From positions 98,029,623 through 98,064,275 of the forward strand of contig NC_068985.1 in assembly GCF_001194135.2 (NCBI RefSeq): a stretch of 34,653 nt of DNA. Reading direction: 5' to 3'. The notes beneath the pieces were generated by a model, which did not search any database, had not been told where the DNA came from, and saw only the letters and a list, made by a program, of their open reading frames with translations. Below are positions 11,707 to 22,281 of the stretch, piece by piece. Source of the stretch: Octopus bimaculoides. Taxonomy: Eukaryota. A program made the translations under genes and the position numbers. Numbering within the stretch: position 1 is the first letter of the stretch; every line of letters starts with the position of its first letter.

Positions 11707-12035
11707 CCTAACATTCATTAAAATTGAGGTGTAGTCATGACTGTATTGTTAAGTCCACTTCCCAGCCACATGGTTTCAGATTCAGTTCCACTTTATGACA
11801 CTTGAGAGAAATGTCTTCAACTATAGCCCTGATCTGACTTTAGCCTTGTGAGTGGTGTGTCTGACTTTAGCCTTGTGCTGGTGTGTTTACGTCCCTGTAA
11901 CTTAGCGGTTCGGCAAAAGATACTGATAGAATAAATACTAGGCTTACAAAGAATAAGTCTTGGGGTTGATTTGCTCGACTAAAAGACGGTGCTCCAGCAT
12001 GGCCGCAGTCAAATGACTGAAACAAGTAAAAGAGT
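11707..12035 (+). mobile_element. SINE family A with internal deletion/duplication
   Basis: Family A head and tail are present. The central microsatellite linker is replaced by a duplicated TCTGACTTTAGCCTTGTG. Confidence 0.8.
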
Positions 12036-12400
12036 ATATAATGAGGAAGCGAGCCTTGGCTGTTGTTTTGAGTAGATTAAGTGACCTCTTAGATATTCTT
12101 TTATTGGCTTGACATGGTATAAGTTATATATCTCGCTGCATAATGATTGAGTATGCAATGCATGGTATAGTGCAAAGTGATGCATTGCATAGCTTATTGG
12201 AATATGCAATGATATATTGACAAAGATGGTGATCCATATATTGGAAATAAGATTAAATATTCAGTAAATTCCTCAGTCATTTGTCAGCCAATAAATGTGT
12301 ATTCCTGTGTATGAAGTGTATACTATGACTCAGCTAGGACCAACAAGGGAATACAAATATCAAATGTTTCTCTTTTTACATTTCTGATACCACTTCTCAG

Positions 12401-12492
12401 GCTGTATTGATGCAGATTATTGCATGAGCTTTATTGGACTATATTTACTTGAAGTGTCAATACAACAAACTGCTGACATTAAAGATAATCTA
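12401..12492 (+). CDS. Weak candidate internal exon, (G)CIDADYCMSFIGLYLLEVSIQQTADIKDNL
   Basis: Pyrimidine-rich acceptor (...ACTTCTCAG), open phase-1 frame, weak donor CTA|GTAAAT, no recognisable repeat. No family recognised. Confidence 0.2.
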
Positions 12493-12695
12493 GTAAATGC
12501 TAATAAATGTTATATGAAGACATCCTTCTTTATCCTCCTCCTCCTCCTCACTCACTAATTCACCCACTTGGCACACTCATCAAGCTTTCATTCTGGAATG
12601 CTAACCTTGTAGCCCACGCACCCATCTGTCTGGTCTTTCCACCCCAGCATGTTGACCCTAAGGAATTAACCTCCCATATGTTTATTTTAGCCATT

Positions 12696-12732
<37 letters not shown>

Positions 12733-12733
<1 letters not shown>

Positions 12734-13447
12734 AGGTGTAGGAGTGGCTGTGTGGTAAGTGGCTTGCTTACCAACCACAATGTTCTGGGTTCGGTCCTAC
12801 TGCGTGGCACCTTGGGCAAGTGTCTTCTACTATAGCCTCGGGCTGGCCAAAGCCTTGTGAGTGGATTTGGTAGACGGTAACTGAAAGAAGCCCGTCGTAT
12901 ATATATGTGTGTGTGTGTGTGTGTGTNNNNNNNNNNNNNNNNNNNNNNNNNNNNNNNNNNNNNNNNNNNNNNNNNNNNNNNNNNNNNNNNNNNNNNNNNN
13001 NNNNNNNNNNNNNNNNNNNNNNNNNNNNNNNNNNNNNNNNNNNNNNNNNNNNNNNNNNNNNNNNNNNNNNNNNNNNNNNNNNNNNNNNNNNNNNNNNNNN
13101 NNNNNNNNNNNNNNNNNNNNNNNNNNNNNNNNNNNNNNNNNNNNNNNNNNNNNNNNNNNNNNNNNNNNNNNNNNNNNNNNNNNNNNNNNNNNNNNNNNNN
13201 NNNNNNNNNNNNNNNNNNNNNNNNNNNNNNNNNNNNNNNNNNNNNNNNNNNNNNNNNNNNNNNNNNNNNNNNNNNNNNNNNNNNNNNNNNNNNNNNNNNN
13301 NNNNNNNNNNAGCGGTTCGGCCCAAGAGAACCGATAGAATAAGTACTAGGCTTACAAAGAATAAGTCCTGGGGTCGATTTGCTTGACTAAAGCCGGTGCT
13401 CCTGCATGGCCATAGTCAAATGACTGAAACAAGTAAAAGAGTGAGAG
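12733..13447 (+). mobile_element. Young SINE family A spanning the gap at 12927-13310
   Basis: A-box-like TGGCTGTGTGG and B-box GGTTCGGTCC, CpGs retained, tail GACTGAAACAAGTAAAAGAG. The two sides of the gap may belong to different copies. Confidence 0.85.
12927..13310. other. Assembly gap
   Basis: Run of N after (GT)n. Confidence 1.
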
Positions 13448-14185
13448 TTTGTTCCCCCCCCCCACCTCCCGCCATCGCTTGACAACCGATGCTGGTGTGT
13501 TTACATCCCTGTAACTTAGCGGTTCGGCCCAAGAGAACCGATAGAATAAGTACTAGGCTTACAAGAAATAAGTCCTGGGGTCGATCTGTTCAACTAAAGG
13601 CGGTGCTCCAGCCCATGCTGTAATGTATCTTTGTTCTGAGGTCAAGTCTTGGTGAGTTCAGTGTTGCAGTTCATGTCTGTATGGTAAGAAGTTTGCTTTC
13701 CAGCCATATCTTGGGCAAGTGTCTTCTACTATAGCTGTGGTCTGACCAAAGCCGTGTGAGTGGATTTGGTAGATGGAAACTGAAAGAAGCCTGTCATATA
13801 TATATATACATCTGTGGTGTGTGTGTCATTGTGTCTGTCCCCTGCCACCACTTAACAACTGGTGTTAGTTTGTTTACATTCCCTGTAACTGAGCAGTTTG
13901 GTAAAGGAGCACCAGGTTTTTCAAAAAGTAAGGTAAATTTAATTACCATCTCACTTCCATTCAATAAAAGAAAAAAAAAATTATGAGGCCTTGTCAGTTA
14001 TTATATCAAGGGTCTCATAGTATCCCCTGTATCAATCAACGAATGACAAGAAGGGGAAGTTATGTAATCACTTTCATTACCCTACAACATTTTCTGCTGT
14101 AAGAATCTATTGCAGTCAGTTGAATGCTCAGCTGACATCTTATGTCCTCTTCAGAGCCATGACTGAAACAAATAAAAGAATAGAA
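13448..14185 (+). mobile_element. Second family A 3' half, interrupted by the 541-bp duplicated segment (13620-14160)
   Basis: SINE runs to GGTGCTCCAGC (13612) and resumes at GACTGAAACAAATAAAAGAA (14161). Confidence 0.85.
13620..14160 (+). repeat. Inserted copy of 9705-10244
   Basis: Near-identical direct repeat 3.9 kb downstream of the source. Confidence 0.95.
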
Positions 14186-14399
14186 TACATGTAAATAGTT
14201 ACATGGTTGTTGGACTTCAGCCATGCTGGAGCACTTACTTGAGTTGTCAAACAATTTAATCCTAGTATTTGTTTTAAATCTAGTACTTGCTCACTTAGGA
14301 TCTTTTGCTGAACTATCAAAGCAAATAGAATGGTTGGTTCACTTTACTCTGCAAAGAGCACAGAAAAGCTGGTCTCTCTAGTGCAGATGATCTTCCCTG

Positions 14400-14572
14400 G
14401 ATGGGTTGCCAGTCCATAGCAGGGTGACTCATTTTACCAGTCGAGTGAACTGGAATGACGCATGAAGTGGTTTGTTTAAAAACATGATTCCTGGTCCAGG
14501 AATTGAAAGCACAATCTTTTGATCATGAGTCCAACACCATAACCACTAAGCCATGTGCCTCCACAAGCATTT
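14400..14572 (-). mobile_element. Older SINE family C copy
   Basis: GATGGGTTGCCAGTCCATAGCAG and CCACTAAGCCATGTGCCTCCAC align with 7932-8241. Confidence 0.7.
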
Positions 14573-14592
14573 AAAATATGCATTATCGAAAC

Positions 14593-14594
<2 letters not shown>

Positions 14595-14636
<42 letters not shown>

Positions 14637-14722
14637 GTGCGCGTGTGTGCGTGTGTGCGTGTGTGCGTGTGCGTGTGCGCGCGCGTGCGTGCGCGCGTGT
14701 GTGTGTGAGAGAGAGAGAGAGA
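14595..14722. repeat. Compound (GT)n/(GC)-interrupted/(GA)n microsatellite
   Basis: About 110 bp of alternating purine-pyrimidine followed by (GA)n. Confidence 0.95.
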
Positions 14723-14927
14723 TTCAATCCAGATATTTTCACTGGTTTAAAATTTCTTGATTAATTTTCAGTTTAATGTCGAAAGTAGAAACATTAGATT
14801 TACACGTTGATTGGGTTTCACACCTGAGTCACATTGTTACTATGAGTTTGTGTGTTAATGATGCACTCATGACTTCCGCATCGTGCATAATGACACTTAA
14901 CACACTGCATTATCACATGCATGCACC

Positions 14928-14975
<48 letters not shown>

Positions 14976-14990
14976 ATCTATCTCTCTCTC
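14928..14990. repeat. (CT)n microsatellite
   Basis: Direct reading. Confidence 0.95.
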
Positions 14991-15924
14991 TCATTTGTAT
15001 CCTGTTAATCAATTTAAAAGATAGATTACATCAAGAATCACAGTGAACCAGTATGTAAGTGTGTATATGTATGTATGTGTATATCACAAACCAGTACCAG
15101 CAATGTCATTGTTACAACAAAACTGGTGCTATATTGTAGTAATTTTGTACTATTCAGACCAACTGCCTTTCTGTTATGATAGCAACACATATTCAAAAGA
15201 CACTGTATTATTTCTTAATGCTGAAATATGCTATATTTTACGTAGTCTGCTTTCAAAATATATTTTTTATACAATCTGCCTTTACATATTATCTCTATAC
15301 ATTCTGTAGTCTATATTTTATATTGTGCCTTTAAACAGTATGTTTATATACACCCTGCATTCAGGCTGTATATTCTATATGTCCTCTGTTTGAAGCGAAT
15401 ATATTCAATATGCCTGTGCTTTCTTTAGTTTCTATTCTTTAAAGCGTTTGTAAGACTGATATAGTTATCCTACTGGCTAATTGTGTCCTCAAAATAACGC
15501 AGCTGTAATTTTTTACATGAAAGAATGTCTGTCCTCCCTTATCTGTCAGGTCATGCTAAATCATCTCTGTCTATTTCTTTCATTTAAAAATGCTTCTACT
15601 CAAAGCAGAATCTAATGGCTTCATTTTTACTGTTCTTTAAACTAGATGAGTAGGAAATATATTATAATCAACCAATTAAACAATGTCTGTAAAGTTTAAA
15701 GCATTAGATTACTGGTGACTTGGTCTACCGTTTAAACCTTACTACTGCAATCAATGTGTTGTGTTCTTGAGCAATGCACACACCTCTGGTTGTTCTAGCT
15801 GTTTTGTTTGACCTGACACCAGGTCAGTTATGATTGAACAGATACCTTGCAGTGGCTATCCTACATATTCTATATTTTCAGACATAATCTATCTAAGACC
15901 ACACTATCCAATGTGTTCATCTTT

Positions 15925-16137
15925 TTTCATGAAACAAGCTGACCTCACTAGTGCTGGTGCTCCCCACCCCCACAAAAGCACCCAGTACACTCTACAGAGT
16001 GTAGGCTTCAGGAAGAGCATCCAGCTGTAGAAACCTTACCATAACAGATATTGAAGCTCAGTGTAGTCCACTGGCTCATCAAATCCTGTTGAACCATCCA
16101 ACCTATGGCAGCATGGAAGACTGAGATCAAATGATGT
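15925..16137 (+). mobile_element. Family D copy, degraded
   Basis: CAGGAAGAGCATCCAGCTGTAGAAACC ... CAGCATGGAAGACTGAGATCAAATGATG. Confidence 0.6.
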
Positions 16138-16506
16138 TAATATCAAGATGTGAGTGATTTGGCTGCTAATTTCTGGAGACTGAGTAGCTACATAGAAGCT
16201 TTCTTGTACTATTGACCTAAAACCTGTTCTTATCCTTTGCAGTGGAGCTAGTGATGAAAAGGAGATAAGCTGCAAAAATTTAAAAAAAATTAAAAAATTG
16301 TTTTAGGAAGATATGTCACCCATCTACTTGAACCATTAAGAAATCATTTGGTGGAAGGAATTGATTTTTTTTCTCTTTTTTTTTTTCTGCATGGGAGCAA
16401 GGTTCTAATTATTTAAAGAGCACCGTATCTAATGACATATGAGATACTTTTTGTTCTTTTTTCAAAAATCTCATTGCAAAAAAATCACTCGGTTTTCCAT
16501 AAACTG

Positions 16507-16680
16507 TAACCCTTTTGATACCAACTTGCTCAAGACCACTTTTGATTTTAGGATACAAACTTCATGTTTTAACCCTTTCATTACCAAACTGGCTGAAACT
16601 GCCTCTGTCTCTGTAGTACAAATATGTCTTGTTTTCAAACCTTAGTCACAATTTATGTTCCTAATACTAGCTTAAAAATT
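16507..16680 (-). mobile_element. Nested/partial P2 piggyBac-like MITE ends
   Basis: Two consecutive termini, AACCCTTTTGATACC and TTAACCCTTTCATTACC, the second followed by the reverse of 526-752 internal sequence. Confidence 0.6.
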
Positions 16681-17619
16681 AGTAATTTTATGATCATAAA
16701 ATTAGCATTAGCTCATCTCCCTCTTTCTTGCAGAACTCTTAGGAACTTTTTGTGGAAGCTTAGGGTTCTGGGGAACTCCAGTTGAGGAACACTGCTTTAG
16801 AGAAATGTAAAAAAGCAAAGTTGGTCCAGCAGAATTTGAACTCGGGACCTAATACTTCACTTTGTGATTTTTTCCGTCCCACCACATCTTTCTCTAAACT
16901 TGAATGTTTTTAATCATAAGTCTGCCAGATTATGGCTGACTAGGGACTCATAACCACCACCACCACCACTACCACTTTAACTATAAACGTTAACTTAATT
17001 TTATCAATATAAATAAACTTAGACAAGAAGATTGAAGTCTCAAAAACTGCATAACAAGACCTGTGAAAGGAAGTTACTGTTCATCGGACATATTTAGGTC
17101 AGTTGTCCATCCAGTTGTTTTTCTCATGTTAAGAGATAGTTACAGCTGGCCAGGTTGAAAGGGGTGTTATTGTGTAAGTAACTGAAGAGGTTGTTGGTTT
17201 TGTGTTCTGTCACTTTTGATCCAGTATGTCTGAGTATATCTGTGTCAATATTCTGATACATGTAGGATGCATTCAAGTTACCACAGTGTATGACTACTCA
17301 ATGCTGCAAACAATAGCAGCACTGTAAAGTGGTGTACTTTGATTCCTTGAAATACAGCTTGGGCTGTAGTAAGAAATGCTCACAACACAATACTACTAGA
17401 ACAGGGAACCTCTCTATATATAGTCGCTCAGCCTGCTAGAAATAGCAACTAAATCTCCCTCAAATCATTCAGTTCAAATAGGGTGTATTAGATGATGTTG
17501 TACTGAGGGAGTGCTGTATCTGAAAGCAATATAAGGTGGGATGTTTGTGATTGGAATGATGCTGATCATTAGGCTGTTCGGTTAAACCAGTCCTGGGGTT
17601 AAAGAACAGCTATTGTTTA

Positions 17620-17993
17620 CCTTTACTTTTTACTGGTTTCAGTCATTGGACTGCAGCCATGCTGGGATACTGCTCTGAAGGGTTTAGTCAAACAAATCAA
17701 CCCCAGTATTTATACTTTTAATTCTGGTACTTATTTTGTTAGTCTTTTTAGTTGAACCACTAAGTTGTAAGGACATAAACGAGCCAACACTGGTTTTCAA
17801 CTGGTAGCAGGGACAGATACAAAAACTTACATCTATACAACAAGCTTCCACACAGTTTCTGTCTACAAAATTCACTCACAAGGCTTTGATCAGCCCAGGA
17901 CTATAGATGACATTTGCTCAAGGTATTATGCAGTGGGACTGAACCCAGAACCACATAGTTACAAAGTAACCTTCTTAACCACACAGCCATGCT
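17620..17993 (-). mobile_element. Full-length SINE family A
   Basis: Reverse tail, core and head (CTTCTTAACCACACAGCCATGC). Confidence 0.8.
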
Positions 17994-18360
17994 TGATTGT
18001 CTCAATCAAGACAAATGAGAAAAATATATTTTTGCGCTCAGAAAGGGATTGAACCTAATTCTCTTGATTCGGATGTCTGTTTTACTGGCCTGGTTTTTTT
18101 TTTTTTTCTTGCCTTTCCTCTGCAGTTTGGTTAATGCTGTCTACACTTCATTCTCCTTTTTTTCTCTTTCACACCCCTCTCCAACTCCTCCTATATCACC
18201 CCCACAATCCTCTCTGCCACCCATCCACCCTCAGGCCTACATGCTAATCACTCTCATCCTGTAAGTCTCATAAATAATCCAGTTTTCACTTTTTCTCTTC
18301 ACTGGGAATCAATTATGTTAATCTTCAAATGAAACAAATGACTGGCTAAGGTCATTAATC

Positions 18361-18391
<31 letters not shown>

Positions 18392-18917
18392 GTTATTTCT
18401 GTTATTAGTGTTTTATAGCATCTATTACACTTTCAGTCATAACTTGTGTCTACTTCCACAATGTTATAAACTGTTACAACCACTTAACAAGGTCACATCC
18501 CCCATCCAAAATATATATAAAAAAATCTGTTTGTACTTGATCTATATTTCACTTGTTCTACTTTGTCTGCGTTTTTCTGAAGGCAATGATAAAGTTTCCT
18601 GTTCATAGACTTCTGGTAGGCACTGGGATAAAGTAATTGCTACCGTTAACAGCAAAAACTATTGTTGCATAAACTCCATAAATCGGCTATTCATCCATAA
18701 TTCCAGATCTGCTTCAACGACAAAAGTTTATGTGGGAGCTCTTGCATTATCACTTAATCTTGTTAGAAATTAGTAGCTAAGTCACCTTCAGATCGTATGT
18801 TACCATCATCAAAGGAAGGACACTTTGGGTACTAGAGTCCTGAAAAAAAAAAGACACATTTTTAAAGCTAGAATATGAATGATAATAGTTCTGCAGAACC
18901 AGGGTAACTTGGATTTA

Positions 18918-18959
<42 letters not shown>

Positions 18960-19283
18960 CATCCTTTCTACTAAAGGCACAAGGCCTGAAATTTGATGGG
19001 TGGGGACTAGTCAATTACATCGACCCCAATATTTCATTGGTACTTTATTTATCAACATGGGAAAGATGAAAGGCAAAGTCAACATCGGTGGAATTTGAAC
19101 TCAGAACATAGCAATGGGTGAAATACTACTGAGCATATCATCCAGCAAGCTAACAATTCTTCTAGCATGCCACCATCAAATAATAATAATAATAATAATA
19201 GTAATGGTTTCAAATTTTGGCACAAGGCCATTTTTAGCAGGTAGTTTTGCCTGGCATGTCAGTGATTCTGCCAGCTTGCCTCC

Positions 19284-19285
<2 letters not shown>
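18918..19285 (-). mobile_element. Two tandem family B SINEs with (ATT)n tails (about 18918-19178 and 19179-19285, the latter internally deleted)
   Basis: Tails ATCCTTTCTACTAAAGGCACAAGGCC and ATGGTTTCAAATTTTGGCACAAGGCC, each preceded by (AAT)n on the + strand. Confidence 0.85.
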
Positions 19286-19337
<52 letters not shown>

Positions 19338-19902
19338 TTCTTTTATTGGCTACAAGGGCTCACATAAAATTACATTAAAAGACGTACAACATAAAAGACA
19401 AAAACAGGACAATACAATGGGTTTTACAATGTATAAACAATATAATTAAAAATTAAACAAATTAAAACTCCCAATAGGGGAAGCACTTTAAGGACCTTGT
19501 GGAAAAACCCACAAAAGCCATGTGTGCCTGAACAACAGGGCAAGAACCCTTCTGTTTTTTACAGGTGCATGCTGAGAATTGATCCATTCACGCTGGCCAT
19601 TCTTCCAGCATTCACCCACTTTTCAACAAATTTGCTACAGGGCAACACTTCTCTCTCCACCCTCAACTTCCTTTCCAAGTGAAACTTGAAAAAGTTGATG
19701 AGGGCTTTGGCCAAAGAGGAAAGTGCTTGTCTTTAGCCCTTTTAAATGGGTCCACCATACTACCTCTTTCACTATATAGCCACTAGACAAATAAAAATTG
19801 CCTGCCCCTCTCGGCCAAAAGAGGGTGGCGGGGCAATCTTCACAATGGATTCAGCTGAAAGCTGGATGCGTCCCACACACGACAGCAGGTGTTCGATCTT
19901 TT
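19286..19902 (-). pseudogene. 5'-truncated Tx1/L1-clade LINE: ORF2 C-terminus (19559-19902, two frameshifts), 3' UTR, AATAAA and (ATT)n tail
   Basis: Manual translation with frameshift repair gives EHLLSCVGRIQLSAESIVKIAPPPSFGREGQAIFICLVAI/VKEVVWWTHLKGLKTSTFLFGQ/ALINFFKFHLERKLRVEREVLPCSKFVEKWVNAGRMASVNGSILSMHL*. The K..IW..R and F...W pattern resembles Tx1/L1 ORF2 ends. Clade assignment is from recall. Confidence 0.7.
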
Positions 19903-20295
19903 CACAAGGCCTGAAATTTTGGTGGGGATTACATTAACCCCAGTGATAGACTGTTACCTATTTTATCAACCCTGAGATGATTAAAGGTAAAGTTGACCTT
20001 ACAGGAATTTGAAATCAGAATGTAAAGATGGCTGAAATGTTGCTAAGCATTCTGTTTGCCATGCTAATGATTTTAGCAACTTGTCACTTTAATAATAATA
20101 ATAATAATGATAAAAATAATAATAATAATAATAATGGTTTCAAATTTTGTCACAAGGGCAGCAATTTTGGGGGAGGGGATGAGTCGATTACATTGACCCC
20201 AGAATTCAACTGGTACTTAATTTATCAACCCTGAAAGGATGAAAGGTAAAGTTGACCTTGGAGGAATTTGAACTCAGATCATAGCGATGGAGTGC
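19903..20295 (-). mobile_element. Two more tandem family B SINEs (19903-20090 fused to the LINE; 20091-20295)
   Basis: Core AAAGGTAAAGTTGACCTT...GGAATTTGAA in both copies, (AAT)n at 20091-20134. Confidence 0.85.
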
Positions 20296-20559
20296 TATTC
20301 CCACCTTATCCCCATAATAATATTAATAAATCCACTGAGCCAATTGATAAGATTTGCTCAAAGATTTTCTGTTATCAATAAACCATGAATGGGCTGATCT
20401 CTCTCCCTTTGTATTTCTATTACTCCCTCTCTATTCCCTCTTCTTCTCTCTCTCCTATGTATATATTTATACTATAGTAAAGGAAGCTGTCATACATACA
20501 CACATACACACCTCTTTATCTTGATATATTTCTTTCCCTCTACCTATATATACCATATC

Positions 20560-20756
20560 TTTATATTTATATAAAGGGCATTATTATAGAAAAATAATAA
20601 CGCCACACAGTGGACTTAGTCTATTTTAAAAGAAAGTTGGTCATCTTCTGTTGGTTGTTTTTTCCTCGCATAGGTACTAAATGTGGTTATTTTTTGAGAA
20701 GTCCACTGTGTGGCGTTATTATTTTTCTATAATAATGCCCTTTATATAAATATAAA
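20560..20756. mobile_element. MITE-like fold-back element with perfect 58-bp inverted arms
   Basis: 20560-20617 is the exact reverse complement of 20699-20756; spacer 81 bp. Superfamily not assignable. Confidence 0.7.
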
Positions 20757-20916
20757 CGAATAATTATATTCTTGGGAATAGAAATTTCCCTAATGAATCT
20801 TTTTACACACTGGCTTCTTGATAAAATTCTTGCAAAAGAGTTTTATCCTTTTTTGAAATTTATATATACCATATCTATATATGTGTATGTGTGTGTGTGT
20901 GTGTATATATATAATC

Positions 20917-21279
20917 AGGAGTCGCTGTGTGGTAAGTAGCTTGCTTATCAACCACATGGTTCTGCGTTCAGTCCCACTGTGTAGCACCTTGGGCAAACGT
21001 CTTCTACTGTAGCCTCGGGTCAACCAAAGCCTTGTGAGTGGATATGGTAGACAGAAACTGAAAGAAGCCTGTTGTGTGTGTGTGTGTGTCTGTGTTTGTA
21101 CCCCCACCATCGCTTGACAACTGATGTTGGTGTGTTTACATCCCCGTAACTTAGCAGTTCAGCAAAAGAGACTGATAGAATAAGTACTAGGCTTACAAAG
21201 AATAAGTCCTGGGATCGATTTGTTCGACTAAAGGTGGTGCTCCAGCATGACTGCATTTAAATGACTGAACCAAATAAAG

Positions 21280-21282
<3 letters not shown>
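20917..21282 (+). mobile_element. Full-length SINE family A
   Basis: Head GGAGTCGCTGTGTGGTAAGTAGC to tail GACTGAACCAAATAAAGG. (TA)n-TAATC on both flanks resembles a TSD. Confidence 0.9.
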
Positions 21283-21318
<36 letters not shown>

Positions 21319-21443
21319 CTGCTACAGCAACACCTGCTTTTCTGAATGAACATTTAATGCATGTACACCTACCCCTGTGTTCTTAAGGTCATCTGTACTG
21401 TGTCTTAACAACCTAACACACTGCTAGACATCTTTCTGCTTAC

Positions 21444-21514
21444 CGTGAAATGTAGCTTACAGAAGTTCCAACTTGATCATTAATCACATTAATCTTCTCA
21501 ATCTTAGAGAACGT
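21444..21514 (-). CDS. Weak candidate exon, TFSKIEKINVINDQVGTSVSYIS(R)
   Basis: Minus-strand acceptor TTGACCTTTAG, donor CG|GTAAGC (alternative TCT|GTAAGC giving 54 nt), open frame, non-repeat sequence. No homology recognised. Confidence 0.2.
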
Positions 21515-22281
21515 CTAAAGGTCAAAGCAACCCACCCCTTCACTAAATATTTATATCTAAAAAGACAAACCAATCTCTCTATTTAGAATAGAAGTACTTT
21601 ATTGTTAACCCAATTCATTAAGATCATGTTGGTGTTTCATATTACCTGTCACCTCTACCACCAACAACATTGCTTGAATGACATATATCAAAAGTGTAAT
21701 ACTAAACAGAATGTTTGGAATGATCACTACTGATCCAATAACTCATTGATCATAATTTGCTCTATTTGTGACTAACCCATTTATTATCTTTTTTTTTATA
21801 TAATTATAGTGCATCTAGGACTACGTTTTGCACTATGTCCATCATTTTGAAAAATTGGTAGGTGTGACATGAGTGAAATTCGGCTTCTATTTTTAGCATA
21901 TTTAATGACCATGCAGAATACCTATTATTGGTTTGTGTGTTGTGTAGATCATGGTCTACTTTCAAGCAACAAACCTGTCTTAGCTTGTTGGTTGAAAGCT
22001 GTATATGGCTAACATTTAGAGCAGCTTGATAAATGAGGTGGGTGTAGAGACAGATTCCTTGTTCTGACCCCATAATTCAATACTTCACCTGGACAATTTT
22101 TTTTAAAGGGCCAACCCATTCCAGCATGGAAGATTGACACTAGATGATGATGATAATTGGCTGTTGTAATAAGAAGCTTACTTCCCAACCACATGTTTCC
22201 AGGTTCAGTACCACTGTGTGGCACCTTGGGTGAATGTCTTCTACTAGGGCCCCAACCAAAGCCTTGAGTGGATATTGTCAA

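Noticed and set aside
12143-12220. Peptide HGIVQSDALHSLLEYAMIY, faintly BTB-like
   Set aside because: Short, ends in a stop, no supporting splice sites; likely coincidence.
14476-14764. CV/TH/YI/N-repeat ORFs (also 10355-10661, 20028-20234 and 22704-22949)
   Set aside because: Translations of (GT)n, (AC)n, (AT)n and (AAT)n microsatellites.
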